Source: an uncultured Candidatus Micrarchaeota archaeon
Lineage (GTDB): Archaea; Micrarchaeota; Micrarchaeia; Anstonellales; J096
Direction of reading: 5' to 3'
Assembly (NCBI GenBank): GCA_938083015.1
Contig: CALKCX010000007.1
Span: forward strand, 1 to 40,032
Length of the DNA stretch: 40,032 nt
Each line of letters starts with the position of its first letter. Positions within the stretch are counted from its first letter, which is position 1. The translations under genes and the position numbers were made by a program. A model generated the notes under the pieces. That model worked only from the letters and a program-made list of their open reading frames with translations. It searched no databases and had not been told where the DNA came from. Shown here one piece after another: positions 18,123 through 28,844 of the stretch.

Positions 18123-18989
18123 TCTATACATATCTTGTCTCGCCTTTACTCTCTCACTATCACCAGGATAATCGATTTTAAATCTTATTATGAACATTCT
18201 AATTACAAGTTGAAATACTATAGATATTTTTATTACATCAATACCTTTCTTAATTTTATCATTAGATGCTTTTGAAAACAATGTTAGTAAAAACTTAGCA
18301 TATCCAATAATATTTTTTGGATCTTCACTTTCAGAGTCATTGAAAAGATTATCTAAAATCTGTCTAAGATTTTCCATAACCTTCTTAGCTTCATCGTATT
18401 TTTCCATTTCAATGTTTTTAAGCATCTTATAAGATAAATCCATGATATTGGCAAATTCAGTAAACGATATCGATCTAACATTGTCTTCATCTTTAGAATC
18501 ATACTCAATAGGTATATCTGGATACAATTCCGGATATTCAGAAATTAATCTTTTAAACTGTTCATTCAATACAGATAAAGATCTTTCTTCTATAACATAC
18601 ATTTTTATTCTAAACTCTGATAGAATCTTTATCAACTCTTCATACCCTATTGGCCAAGTATTCGTTTTAATAACCCTTTTTATCGTATCTATACACCTAT
18701 TGTACAATTCCTTATTTAAATCGGATTCATTTGCAATAGTTTGTAATTCTTCTAATAACTTTTTTAATTCACTAATAATAGCTATATGATACGATTTATC
18801 TTTTATACCGTTTTTTAATAATCTTAATACAAACCCTATTCTATCATCTATTGCATAGATATTATCAAGTTTTTTCATTGCACCTAACATTTCAATAGAT
18901 GAAAAAGTCCTAGTAGTATCTATTTTAACATCCGTCTTTATGATAGCTTTTTTTACTGTCTCTTCTTTATCTTTGAATATCTGTGGCAT
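18117..18989 (-). CDS. Hypothetical protein (helical)
   Basis: 290-aa ORF; no motif. Confidence 0.65.
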   Translation of the reverse strand: MPQIFKDKEETVKKAIIKTDVKIDTTRTFSSIEMLGAMKKLDNIYAIDDRIGFVLRLLKNGIKDKSYHIAIISELKKLLEELQTIANESDLNKELYNRCIDTIKRVIKTNTWPIGYEELIKILSEFRIKMYVIEERSLSVLNEQFKRLISEYPELYPDIPIEYDSKDEDNVRSISFTEFANIMDLSYKMLKNIEMEKYDEAKKVMENLRQILDNLFNDSESEDPKNIIGYAKFLLTLFSKASNDKIKKGIDVIKISIVFQLVIRMFIIRFKIDYPGDSERVKARQDMYRS

Positions 18990-19009
18990 TGATATAATAT
19001 ATGTTATAC

Positions 19010-19816
19010 CTATTTTAAAAGATATTCTCTCATTCTCATTGCACTATTTTCTAAATCAGGAGTTTCTAATATAACATTTATATTTACTCCTAATTCTATT
19101 GCAACATCTAAAAAAATTCGATAATCAGGTATGTATTTTGTAGTTAAATTTAGATGTTTAATTTCTCCTTTATCATTGTATTCTATTTCAGAAAAATGTA
19201 TATGCAATCTATCTATGATTTCAACATCTTTAAAAAATCTATAATATTCGTCTTTACTTCTAAAATCGTATTCTCGTGTAGCTTGAAGATGAGCTATATC
19301 AAATATAGGCAATACGTCTACATCTTGATATAATCTAATTAGAAAATCCATACTACCAAACCCGACTAGTTTACCTCTACTCTCTGGACCTAATCTACAT
19401 CTTATTCCAATATTTTTTCTATATTCATCTAATTCTCTATATATATCTTTGACAATTCGATAATTTTCATCTTTACCTAATAATGGTAATAAATAACCTG
19501 TGTGTATTGCAGTCACATACCCACCTGCTATATCAGTTATTCGAAGAGCTTGAATTATATGTTGTTTTGATCTTTCTAATACATTTTTATCTCTTGAAAG
19601 AAGGTTTATATAATACGGGGCATGTGACGATAAAATTATATTCATATCTTGTGATATAGCTTTAATTCTCTTAGCTTTATCTTCAGTTAATCTTACACCA
19701 TGGACAAACTCTAATTCAAATGCATTTAAACCTAACTTGGCCGTATATTCAATTCCCTGTTCAGTATTACAATTCTTACAGCCTATTGGAATACCAGCTA
19801 TACCTAAAGAGATCAT
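19010..19816 (-). CDS. nfo: Endonuclease IV / AP endonuclease 2 family TIM barrel
   Basis: ELEFVHG, HAPYYINL, IHTGY, GPE..GK, FDIAH, HIHFSEIEY...GEIKH, ILETP. Confidence 0.88.
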   Translation of the reverse strand: MISLGIAGIPIGCKNCNTEQGIEYTAKLGLNAFELEFVHGVRLTEDKAKRIKAISQDMNIILSSHAPYYINLLSRDKNVLERSKQHIIQALRITDIAGGYVTAIHTGYLLPLLGKDENYRIVKDIYRELDEYRKNIGIRCRLGPESRGKLVGFGSMDFLIRLYQDVDVLPIFDIAHLQATREYDFRSKDEYYRFFKDVEIIDRLHIHFSEIEYNDKGEIKHLNLTTKYIPDYRIFLDVAIELGVNINVILETPDLENSAMRMREYLLK

Positions 19817-19844
19817 ATTTAAATATTAAAGATATTTAAAAAAC

Positions 19845-20042
19845 ATGGTTAGTCTATTGATTGGAATGTTATTATATATTATAATGGTAAATTTAATAAT
19901 CACGATAGAACAGAATTATGTTTTTATATCAACTAGAGTAAAAGCAATAGATATTGCAATAGCCCGAGATCTATATTTGAATGATCTTCCTAGATCAAGT
20001 TATTGGATAAAATCAGATATAATAGCTAATGTATTTAATTAA
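19845..20042 (+). CDS. Small hypothetical membrane protein
   Basis: 65 aa with hydrophobic N-terminus; exactly fills the gap between two minus-strand genes; TTTAAA about 22-27 nt upstream. Confidence 0.45.
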   Translation: MVSLLIGMLLYIIMVNLIITIEQNYVFISTRVKAIDIAIARDLYLNDLPRSSYWIKSDIIANVFN

Positions 20043-20755
20043 GCTTTTATTGTCGTAGATACCTGTATCTCTGGAAGTCTTACAGTTTTTAGACTTTCCA
20101 ACATATGATTGACGTTTTGATATTCTCTAACAAAAGATCGATAAGCTTTAATATTTGATATGAAAGTTTTATCATGAATATTGTTAACTATAAAGTCTAA
20201 ACTTCTCTTTAGATCTATAAATGTTTCTTTAAATTCATCATACATATCGTCATTTTCTAACAAGCTAGATAAAAAATATACCATATTTCTTGCCTTTCTC
20301 ATACTAAAACCATCTTTTGTTTCTTGTCTTGTATATCTTGTTATGGCCACTTCTATCATCATATCAACTAATATACTAATACTAACCAGTACTTCTAACA
20401 TGCTTTTTAAATAAACCATTCTTATCTCTTCATCAATATTGTTTAAATCTATAGATCTTCTCTTGGCCATATTCTGAAATAGTTTATCTAAATCTATCTC
20501 AAATTGTACTATACTGTCATTTTCTCTATATGTAAAAACAGCTTTTCTTCTCTCTATTTGCTCACATAACCAGTTTCTATCTTCTATAGGTATTTCTGGA
20601 TTTTTTATGGCCATTTCAATCTGTTTTATCAATCTATGCTTTACATCATTACTAATTGAGGTTTTCCAATCATTTGATTTATGTTTGAAATACTGTGACA
20701 ATGTTTGACTAATCCTTCTGTTTACCTCTTCTTCATTAATCTGAGACCTTACCAT
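20039..20755 (-). CDS. Hypothetical protein
   Basis: 238-aa ORF; no motif. Confidence 0.65.
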   Translation of the reverse strand: MVRSQINEEEVNRRISQTLSQYFKHKSNDWKTSISNDVKHRLIKQIEMAIKNPEIPIEDRNWLCEQIERRKAVFTYRENDSIVQFEIDLDKLFQNMAKRRSIDLNNIDEEIRMVYLKSMLEVLVSISILVDMMIEVAITRYTRQETKDGFSMRKARNMVYFLSSLLENDDMYDEFKETFIDLKRSLDFIVNNIHDKTFISNIKAYRSFVREYQNVNHMLESLKTVRLPEIQVSTTIKA

Positions 20756-20787
20756 TATTTATATATTAAGTTTCTATTTTTAAACAT

Positions 20788-21915
20788 TTAATCTCTTAAA
20801 GCTTCTATAGGAGATATTTTCAATATGTTTCTTATAACTAAGATAATTGGGAATATTATTGAAACTAAATATAAGATAATGCTGTTAAATAGAAGTTGTT
20901 CGATTTTGTAATATACTGGCAATATATTATTTAAATACGCTGCCAATAATAATGAAATTATCAATGCAAGTCCTATTCCAGATAATACCAATATAGATAT
21001 TTGATAAAATATTAATAATAATACTTGTCCATCTGTTGCTCCTATTGTCTTCATTACAGCAATCTGCTTTTTTCTTTTTATTATAGAAGCCAATATCGTA
21101 TTTGTAATACCAAAACTAGCTATTACACTTGATATCAAAGATAAAAATATACTTGCTAGACCTATAGCGTCTAGAATAGATCCTATGTTTTCTCTTATGA
21201 ATTTAGAACTAATTACTGTCACCTGTCTAGTAGATCTAGACAATGCCGCCTTTATTTCATCTATTACCTTTTCTTCATCACATTGCAAGTTATACCTACC
21301 TAAAAGAGCATTGTATTCATCTCCAAAAATATCTTTTCCATCTTCTAAAGATACAAATACCTGATTATCCGTATCTTGAAAATTAGATTTATCTAATAAA
21401 CCAATTACCCTATATGTTCTATTTTGTATTATGAAGTTATCTCCTATTTTAATATCAAGATTTTTCCAGAGAGTATATCCAATTACAACTACTCTTTTAC
21501 TATCTTCACTAATTCTTCTTCCTTCTTTAAGACTTATGTATAATTCATTATCCAATAAGTATAAATCGGATGCTATTAAATTTAGATTACCTTCTTTATC
21601 TTTATATTTATAATCTGCTCTCTTACTAATAGTCGGGTATAATAATGTTATACATTCAGATGATCTAATAGTATTATAATCTCTATCGTTAAAAAACGAT
21701 AGACCAGAACCTATGCCACCTGTAGTAGGCAATATTACTAATTGATCTGGTTGAAATAATAATAATTCTGAAAAGAAGAAGTTTAGACCAGTTTGGACTA
21801 ATATGATTATGAAGAAAACTAAAAACGCAGCTATGAATACAGTTATTATTGTTATTATAGATCTAGTCTTATCAGATAGGTTATAACGAATTGCCAATTT
21901 TAAAAGTTTATTCAT
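20788..21915 (-). CDS. ABC transporter permease, MacB/FtsX family
   Basis: TM1, large extracellular domain (EGRRI...VVIG), 3 C-terminal TMs with IAVMKTIGA and ISPIEALR. Confidence 0.88.
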   Translation of the reverse strand: MNKLLKLAIRYNLSDKTRSIITIITVFIAAFLVFFIIILVQTGLNFFFSELLLFQPDQLVILPTTGGIGSGLSFFNDRDYNTIRSSECITLLYPTISKRADYKYKDKEGNLNLIASDLYLLDNELYISLKEGRRISEDSKRVVVIGYTLWKNLDIKIGDNFIIQNRTYRVIGLLDKSNFQDTDNQVFVSLEDGKDIFGDEYNALLGRYNLQCDEEKVIDEIKAALSRSTRQVTVISSKFIRENIGSILDAIGLASIFLSLISSVIASFGITNTILASIIKRKKQIAVMKTIGATDGQVLLLIFYQISILVLSGIGLALIISLLLAAYLNNILPVYYKIEQLLFNSIILYLVSIIFPIILVIRNILKISPIEALRD

Positions 21916-23080
21916 TTCTCAACGCCTCTGCAGGTTCTATGTTATTAGCATATCTAGATGGAAAATAAACAGAAATCAATATTGAAATTCCTAATAATAT
22001 AATTGATATTAATATATCGGAAGGGTATAGCTTATATTCTAAATAATTACTTAAAATAGCTATTATTATAAAAGAAGGTAATAATCCTAATAATACGAAT
22101 AGGGCCACCATGCCAAATATTAAGAATGTAATGAAATTCCTATCTGCGCCGATTACTTTTAATGTAGCAAATTGTTTATATTTTTCAGATACGAATATAT
22201 ATAGATTGTTTATCAAGTTTATTATACTAACTACTATTGAAATCGAAGCTATTAACAAAAAGAATATTTTTAGACCGTCTATTAAAACGTCAATCTGTTG
22301 AGATATTGAAGAAGCAGCTAAAATACTATAATTTCTCTTATTAGGATCGTTTATCTTTCTACTCTTATCTAATATTTCATGTATACTTTCTATTATCATT
22401 TTTTCATCAAAACTATTATCGAATTTTATTATTATAGAATAAACTCTTTTTTCATCTAGACCAGCTACTTTGATTAAATCTTCTACTAACATAAATATTG
22501 CATTGTCTAAATTAAATAAATTTTGCCCCACTTTCTTGAATATACCAGCTATCTTAAATGGTCTATTGTTTATCTTAATAATATCACCTGCTCTTAATTC
22601 ATATCTATCTGCTAACGCCCCACCTATTAATATCTCTCCATAATTTAAATCCGTCTTACCTTTATCTAATTCTGAAATATCGTATAATATGTCAACACCT
22701 TTCTTCTCTATACCAGTAACTTGAAGAGTAAAATCGGCCTTTTTCGTACTTATTTTTAGAAATGTTGCAGCTCCTTTATACACATCTAATACTCCTGGAA
22801 TTTCATATATTGATTTTAAATCTGATTCTTTAAAAGTCTCTATTATTAGACCAGTTCTAGCAGCTCTCTGTATTAAAAATGGATTGTCGATTACTACTGG
22901 TACAATTATCATAATATTTGAACTTAGTCTATTTAAATTAGATATTAATTGTTCTTTTTGAGCATTCCCAAATCCTAGTATAGATAAAAAGAATAATGAA
23001 GATATAAATATTGACAGTATTACTAAAAACGATCTAAGTTTATTATAGGTTATAAACCTAATTATTAGCTTATATATCAT
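21908..23080 (-). CDS. ABC transporter permease, MacB/FtsX family
   Basis: NKLRSFL, extracellular domain, FATLKVIGA, IEPAEALR. Confidence 0.88.
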   Translation of the reverse strand: MIYKLIIRFITYNKLRSFLVILSIFISSLFFLSILGFGNAQKEQLISNLNRLSSNIMIIVPVVIDNPFLIQRAARTGLIIETFKESDLKSIYEIPGVLDVYKGAATFLKISTKKADFTLQVTGIEKKGVDILYDISELDKGKTDLNYGEILIGGALADRYELRAGDIIKINNRPFKIAGIFKKVGQNLFNLDNAIFMLVEDLIKVAGLDEKRVYSIIIKFDNSFDEKMIIESIHEILDKSRKINDPNKRNYSILAASSISQQIDVLIDGLKIFFLLIASISIVVSIINLINNLYIFVSEKYKQFATLKVIGADRNFITFLIFGMVALFVLLGLLPSFIIIAILSNYLEYKLYPSDILISIILLGISILISVYFPSRYANNIEPAEALRNE

Positions 23081-23747
23081 CTACTTCTACCAACGTCTTA
23101 TTCTTAATAGTATATATCTTTTGAGCTGTCTTAGCTATATTATAATCATGGGTAACTAAGACTATTGTATTACCATCTCTATTCAATTCTCTAAATACGT
23201 TTAAAACTTCTTTTGCACTATCCGGATCTAGATTACCGGTAGGTTCATCTGCAAATAATATTTTAGGTCTATTTACTAAAGCTCTTGCTATTGCTACTCT
23301 CTGTTTTTGACCTCCACTAAGTTGAGAAGGGTAAAATCTTAATCTTTCTCCTAATCCAAGACGTATCATTAGATTTTTAGCGTATTCTTCATCAGTATTA
23401 CCTGAAAATACGAATGGAAGAATAACATTTTCATATGCAGTTAATTCAGGTATAAGATTGAATTGCTGAAACACAAATCCTATTTTAGTAGCTCTAATTT
23501 TAGATAACCTTACATCGTCTAATTTTGAAGTATCCTCGTTATCTATTATTACCTTGCCTTCAGAAGGTCTATCTAAAGTTGCCATAATATTTAGCAATGT
23601 ACTTTTACCAGATCCACTAGGAGCTACTATAGAAATAAAAGTACCTTTATAGATTTTCAAATTAACATTTTTCAATATCCATAATATGTTTTCTCCATCT
23701 TTGTAAAACTTACCAATAGATATAAGTTCTAATACTATTTTTTCCAT
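23070..23747 (-). CDS. ABC transporter ATP-binding protein (LolD/MacB type)
   Basis: APSGSGKST, IGFVFQQFNL, LSGGQKQRVAIARAL, ADEPTGNLD, VTHD. Confidence 0.93.
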   Translation of the reverse strand: MEKIVLELISIGKFYKDGENILWILKNVNLKIYKGTFISIVAPSGSGKSTLLNIMATLDRPSEGKVIIDNEDTSKLDDVRLSKIRATKIGFVFQQFNLIPELTAYENVILPFVFSGNTDEEYAKNLMIRLGLGERLRFYPSQLSGGQKQRVAIARALVNRPKILFADEPTGNLDPDSAKEVLNVFRELNRDGNTIVLVTHDYNIAKTAQKIYTIKNKTLVEVDDI

Positions 23748-25129
23748 TTTCTAAATAAAAACCATCCTAATAGTATTGCAATGGCCGCAATTACAAAAAT
23801 AAACGTATTATCATTCTTAGTTTGAATTGGATTAGATGCGTTTATTTCGTATTCATATTCTCTTTGATATTCATTACCAACGTTATCTCTATAATTAACT
23901 ATAATTTTAATATCGTTTTTCCCAGCTGTCGGAATTATAGTAAATCTCTCAGTCGTATAATCATTTGGCAATATCTCTCCTATGAATTTTCTAGAATTAG
24001 ATATCTGGGCCGTATTACTAAACAATGAAACTTTTACTCCAAGTAAATTGTAATTTTCTGCATTACCTACAACTACATTTAATACTCCTGGTGTTCCAGC
24101 AGTAAGATTATTATATTCGATATAGACATCTATATTAGTTTGAGAGAATACTTTAATTGGTAACATCACTGTAATAGATCTCATAGTACCTTTGTAATTA
24201 TATGTAATTAAAAATTCATTTAATACCACTCCAGGATTACCTTTATAGAAAGTATCTACTTCCAATCTAAGCTTATTATTAGATAAGCTTGGAATTGTTA
24301 GATAATTAGGTTTAATCATCAATATCGGACCTTTAGAGTAAATCTTCACATCTCTTATCTCTTCTATACCTTCGTAATTGACCATTAATACCAATTTACC
24401 CAATCCATCTTGAAGATTTGTTACCTGTTCTAACTTAATATTCGTAGGAGTTTGTTCAACATTTACCTTCAATATTGTATTATATTTAAACGTGCTAAAC
24501 TTCGTATTATACTGTATTTCAATAGGAAAATCTATGCTACCAGTTTTATTACTAATCATATAGCTTATAGATACGTTTTTACAACCTTCTATATAATCAA
24601 TATAATAGTCTTTGACTAAAAACTGTCCTTTAATTCTAACTGTTTCAATAGGGCGATTAGTACATATCTCTAATATAGTATCGCCATTATCGAATAATAA
24701 TCTGTCTCTTATGTTAACATCTAATTGTCTCTCTTTTTCTACCTTTAAAGCTATTGAACTATAACTTGATATTATTTTATTTTCTCTCTGTGTTTCCAAA
24801 TAACCTGATAATTTAACATCAACAGTATATACTCCTTCTGTAATATTATTATTTGGTATTGGTATTATCACAGTTCTTGAAAATCTCTGCGGTATATTAT
24901 TCTGAAGCTCAAGATTACCTATATTGCTAATAGATTGATAGAAAGATGTCGAGGTTTCAATTATAGCTTGTTGAAAATTCTTTGGAGGATCTGTAATTGA
25001 TGAATAGAAGATCACACCATTTATATATAATATGGCCACATCTCCAGGTTTATATATGTTTTTATCAAAAGATAATTGCTCAATATATATTGCTTTTGAT
25101 ATTATTAAAAGTAACAATACGTAGATCAT
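23735..25129 (-). CDS. COG1361-type S-layer-like exported protein with C-terminal TM anchor
   Basis: Signal peptide, Ig-like beta repeats (FIGEILPNDY...VNYRDNVG), C-terminal TM plus basic tail; typical partner of archaeal MacB-type ABC modules. Confidence 0.75.
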   Translation of the reverse strand: MIYVLLLLIISKAIYIEQLSFDKNIYKPGDVAILYINGVIFYSSITDPPKNFQQAIIETSTSFYQSISNIGNLELQNNIPQRFSRTVIIPIPNNNITEGVYTVDVKLSGYLETQRENKIISSYSSIALKVEKERQLDVNIRDRLLFDNGDTILEICTNRPIETVRIKGQFLVKDYYIDYIEGCKNVSISYMISNKTGSIDFPIEIQYNTKFSTFKYNTILKVNVEQTPTNIKLEQVTNLQDGLGKLVLMVNYEGIEEIRDVKIYSKGPILMIKPNYLTIPSLSNNKLRLEVDTFYKGNPGVVLNEFLITYNYKGTMRSITVMLPIKVFSQTNIDVYIEYNNLTAGTPGVLNVVVGNAENYNLLGVKVSLFSNTAQISNSRKFIGEILPNDYTTERFTIIPTAGKNDIKIIVNYRDNVGNEYQREYEYEINASNPIQTKNDNTFIFVIAAIAILLGWFLFRKWKK

Positions 25130-25181
25130 GCTTTTATATTTACATTAAATATTTAAAGATGTAACATCAATGAATTGAATA

Positions 25182-25265
25182 GCTGGGGTCGCCTAGTCCG
25201 GTATGGCGGTGGCCTGCTAAGCCACTTCCCGAAAGGGTTCGTGGGTTCAAATCCCACCCCCAGCG
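25182..25265 (+). tRNA. tRNA-Ser(GCT), intronless, CCA not encoded
   Basis: Acceptor GCTGGGG/CCCCAGC plus discriminator G; anticodon arm GTGGC-CT-GCT-AA-GCCAC; variable arm CCC-GAAA-GGG; T loop GTTCAAATC. Confidence 0.96.
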
Positions 25266-25300
25266 TAGGTATTTTTAAAAGTTTTATTAATATAAAAATT

Positions 25301-25630
25301 GTGAACAGCATAGAAGAAACTATAGATAGATTAAATACATTGCAAGAAAAGTTAAAAACTATGGAAAAAGAATACGAGTTAAAGAAGATGTCAATGGATA
25401 AAGAGTATAAAGAAGAGATAAATAAGATAAGATTAGAAATCGATAAAGAGATAGAACAAAGGAAAATCGAGATAGATCATAAATTGGATATTAAATACAA
25501 TAATATAGCTCAGAATACAATAATGTATTATGAATCTATAAATTTTAAAGAAATAGACCCCTCGCAGATAGCAGATCTTATGTTATCTTTATTCAAGAGG
25601 GAGTTAGATGAAATCAGAAAAAATATATAG
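25301..25630 (+). CDS. atpH: A-type ATP synthase subunit H (peripheral stalk)
   Basis: GTG start downstream of the tRNA (the track ORF wrongly extends through the tRNA); charged coiled coil; first position in the operon. Confidence 0.65.
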   Translation: MNSIEETIDRLNTLQEKLKTMEKEYELKKMSMDKEYKEEINKIRLEIDKEIEQRKIEIDHKLDIKYNNIAQNTIMYYESINFKEIDPSQIADLMLSLFKRELDEIRKNI

Positions 25631-27314
25631 ATTAGCTATATTTTTCGTAGAACATATAAAAGATAAATTAATAGCAAAATTACATGAATTAGGAATAGTT
25701 GAAATTAAAGAAGCTGTTATCAATACAAGATTTGACCCATCTCATGATCTTTCTTTACTTAGTAACCTTGATTATGAATTACAGACAATCAAACCTGGTA
25801 ATAAAATATTAGATAGTATTGATTACAATTATGTATTACAAAAAGCTAAAAGATTAAGAGAATTGTATAAAAATGCAAAATTATTAAACGATGAAAAGAA
25901 AAGATTATTAGATAATATTCAAGATTCAGAACTTGTAATGAGTTATATAAATTACGATAAATTACCAGAAGGATATAAATTGATAGCTTTTCAGATAGAT
26001 GAAAAGGATCTTAAAGATAAGAAGAATTGGGAAGTATATAGATTGCCTGATAATAAGCTTATAGTATTTATTCTAACTGAAACTGGACAAAAAGTAGAAT
26101 TACCTGATAAAGCCGAGATACTATATGTACCTAATAGTAAAGAAGAGCTAATGCAGATGAGAAATAGAATAAAAGAGATAAATAAGGAAATAATAAGTAT
26201 AAACGATGAAATAGAAAAAATAGAATCTGACGAATATCTTCAAGATGTTAAATTCTCAATTATGGTATACTTAGAAAGAGAGAATGTTGCAAAATTAATT
26301 GGTAAAGGAGAGGGATATGGACTAATAGAATGTTACATACCTGAGAAAAATCTTAGCTTATTAGATGAAATAAAACGAGAATTTAATGATGATATTTATA
26401 TTATATATGAAAAATTAGAAGATTCACCTGTAGTTTACATTAATAATCCTGATTATGTAAAACCTATAGAACCAGTTTCCTATTCTTTTGGAGGCATACC
26501 TAATTACAAAGATATAGATCCAAGTTTACTATATTATCTTCTATTTCCAATAATGTTCGGTTTTATAGTAGGTGATGTTATATATGGAATAATAATAATG
26601 ATATTGGCCAAATACGTGGAAAGTAGATTTAAGCAAGGAATATTTAATGGAATGGCCAAGTTATGGTTTATGGGGGGCGTATGGAGTATTATCTTTGGAA
26701 TTATATTCAATGAATTCGCTGGATTTGAATTATTAGGATTTACTTTATTTCACAGAGGAGATCATGTTATAGAATATCTTGGTTTCTCATTGATAATCGG
26801 GTATATTCATTTAACATTAGCTTATATATTGAATATTAAAAAACATATAAAGCATCTTGATCATGTATTACCATCAATAGCATGGTTAATCCTATTAAAT
26901 GTTTTAGCTTTATACTTATTAGGTATTTTCTCAGAATGGTTTTACATTGTTATAATCATAGCTATATTAATATTGTATAAAGAAGAGGGAATACTTGGAA
27001 TTATCGAATTGCCTAGTATACTTTCAAATCTTATCTCTTATGTTAGATTGGCAATTCTAGGAATAGTAGGTGTAATATTAGCTAGTCTTATCAATAGATT
27101 ATTCTTACCAGATCTATTTTCATTGATATTCTTTATAGTATTTCATCTATTACACATATTATTAGTTATACTCGAAGGATCTATTCAGGCAGGCAGGCTT
27201 AATATTGTAGAATTTAGATCTAAATTCTTTGAAGGAGGGGGAAGATTTTTAAACGTATTTTCAATAAATAAAGTCAAAGGTGAACAAAGATGGCAGAACA
27301 GACAACTGGATTAA
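25608..27314 (+). CDS. atpI: A-type ATP synthase subunit I (a)
   Basis: LHELGIVEI, PNYKDIDP, FGFIVGDVIYG, SYVRL (essential Arg), RLNIVEFRSKFFEGGG. Confidence 0.93.
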   Translation: MKSEKIYRLAIFFVEHIKDKLIAKLHELGIVEIKEAVINTRFDPSHDLSLLSNLDYELQTIKPGNKILDSIDYNYVLQKAKRLRELYKNAKLLNDEKKRLLDNIQDSELVMSYINYDKLPEGYKLIAFQIDEKDLKDKKNWEVYRLPDNKLIVFILTETGQKVELPDKAEILYVPNSKEELMQMRNRIKEINKEIISINDEIEKIESDEYLQDVKFSIMVYLERENVAKLIGKGEGYGLIECYIPEKNLSLLDEIKREFNDDIYIIYEKLEDSPVVYINNPDYVKPIEPVSYSFGGIPNYKDIDPSLLYYLLFPIMFGFIVGDVIYGIIIMILAKYVESRFKQGIFNGMAKLWFMGGVWSIIFGIIFNEFAGFELLGFTLFHRGDHVIEYLGFSLIIGYIHLTLAYILNIKKHIKHLDHVLPSIAWLILLNVLALYLLGIFSEWFYIVIIIAILILYKEEGILGIIELPSILSNLISYVRLAILGIVGVILASLINRLFLPDLFSLIFFIVFHLLHILLVILEGSIQAGRLNIVEFRSKFFEGGGRFLNVFSINKVKGEQRWQNRQLD

Positions 27315-27541
27315 TTATGGCAGGATCTGATGCAGGTATGTTGGCCATAGGTGCAGGTTTAGCAGTTGGACTAGCAGCTATAGCTGCAGGTTATTCTCAA
27401 GCTAAGATTGGATCTGCTTTTGCAGCTACTTTAGCAGAAAGACCTGAACTTAAAGGAGATATGCTATTATATATAGTAATTCCTGAAACTATATTGTTAT
27501 TAGGATTCGTGATCTCATTCCTAATATTACAAAGATTGTAA
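27290..27541 (+). CDS. atpK: A-type ATP synthase subunit K (c, single hairpin proteolipid)
   Basis: GAGLAVGLAA, AERPE, IPET with ion-carrying Glu. Confidence 0.93.
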   Translation: MAEQTTGLIMAGSDAGMLAIGAGLAVGLAAIAAGYSQAKIGSAFAATLAERPELKGDMLLYIVIPETILLLGFVISFLILQRL

Positions 27542-28023
27542 TGATAGATGATCAAATATTAAATAAAAAACGAGAAGAATTAGAATTAGATTTAGAGAAT
27601 TATAAAGTAAAATTAGAATTTGAAAAACAGAAACTAATAGAAAATTGGAAGAAAGAGAAAGAAGACGTTTTATTAAAATTTGAAAGACAATTAATAGAAA
27701 AGAAAGAAGAAGAGATTAGAAATTTAAAAAATAAACTAGAAAGAGAATTGAATGAGAGAAAAAAAGAGTTTATTGAAAAGCAGATAGATAGAATATTAGA
27801 ATATATGAAAGATAACTATTCGGCACAACTTAGAGATATAATTTTAAATCTTGATTATGAAGAAATTATAGTTCCCGAGTATTTAAATATAGAAGGAGCT
27901 AAAAAAGATGCTAAGATCAAATTTGGTTTTATATACAGACCTATAGGTAAAAGCTATTATGTAAACATGGATATGAGAAGGATATTATATAAATATATAG
28001 ATAAACTATTAGATCAAATATGA
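27541..28023 (+). CDS. atpE: A-type ATP synthase subunit E
   Basis: Position; coiled-coil N-half; IKFGFI tail; divergent. Confidence 0.7.
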   Translation: MIDDQILNKKREELELDLENYKVKLEFEKQKLIENWKKEKEDVLLKFERQLIEKKEEEIRNLKNKLERELNERKKEFIEKQIDRILEYMKDNYSAQLRDIILNLDYEEIIVPEYLNIEGAKKDAKIKFGFIYRPIGKSYYVNMDMRRILYKYIDKLLDQI

Positions 28024-28844
28024 ATTCTATTGAATACTTAAATGCCTATCTTAGTTCAATAAGATCTGGTTTTTTAAATGATTCTTTTCTTCAAGAGATA
28101 TCTAAAGCAGAATCTATATCTACAATATACGAGATGTTGAAAAAAACCCATTATCGAGATTACATGGATTATAGAGATAGTATAAAATTGACGATAGAAA
28201 AAGCTCTATTCAAAAGATTTAACGATGTAATTAATAGAATTCGAAAGCATATAAGCTTAGATAAACTAATATACATGATAGCTGAATATGAATCAAAAAA
28301 CATTCTTATAATGTTAGATGAAAAATACAGAAAAATAGAGCATCCGAAGATAGTATCATTTCTGGATAATAAAGAATATCTAATCAAAGAATATAGACGA
28401 ATAAACAATGTTATCGGATTTTTAAAGATTACGACATTTGGAAGATATGTAAAAATAGATCAAGTAAAAGATTTTACGAATATATCCGAATCTATAGATA
28501 GATTTGTAATAGAAGCTAAGTATAAAATAGCAGGGATGTTTGAAGAACTTAGAGATGTTGTCAAAATAGAATTGGCAAATAGGTTATATCTTATAGAGAA
28601 ATACATAGGAAAGAGAATAATGAATTACTCAGAATCTTTGGTATTAAGAGAGATAAAGATAGAAGAAGATCTCTTTATAGCAGAGCAGAAATTAAACGAA
28701 ATTATATATGAAAAATATAAAAAAGTATATCCGAGAACGTGGATGAGTATGAGCAAAGCTTATATAATATTAAAACTTCTAGATAGAGAAAGAAGATATA
28801 TAAATAGGGTGATCAATCGTGAAGATTGGAGTATTAGGAGATAA
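28020..28844 (+). CDS. atpC: A-type ATP synthase subunit C
   Basis: YLNAY...FL, LKKTHY, YESKNI; position in operon. Confidence 0.75.
   Translation: MNSIEYLNAYLSSIRSGFLNDSFLQEISKAESISTIYEMLKKTHYRDYMDYRDSIKLTIEKALFKRFNDVINRIRKHISLDKLIYMIAEYESKNILIMLDEKYRKIEHPKIVSFLDNKEYLIKEYRRINNVIGFLKITTFGRYVKIDQVKDFTNISESIDRFVIEAKYKIAGMFEELRDVVKIELANRLYLIEKYIGKRIMNYSESLVLREIKIEEDLFIAEQKLNEIIYEKYKKVYPRTWMSMSKAYIILKLLDRERRYINRVINREDWSIRR

Noticed and set aside
20788-25129. ABC permease pair plus S-layer-like gene as a novel secretion system
   Set aside because: The COG1361 plus LolD-like ATPase plus MacB/FtsX permease module is widespread in archaea; substrate is unknown but the arrangement is not new.
25182-25265. 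tRNA as integration site of a mobile element
   Set aside because: No duplicated tRNA 3' end or integrase was seen, and the flanking genes are housekeeping.
25175-25300. N-terminal 42 codons of track ORF 25175..25630
   Set aside because: This is read-through of tRNA-Ser; the real CDS most likely starts at GTG 25301.
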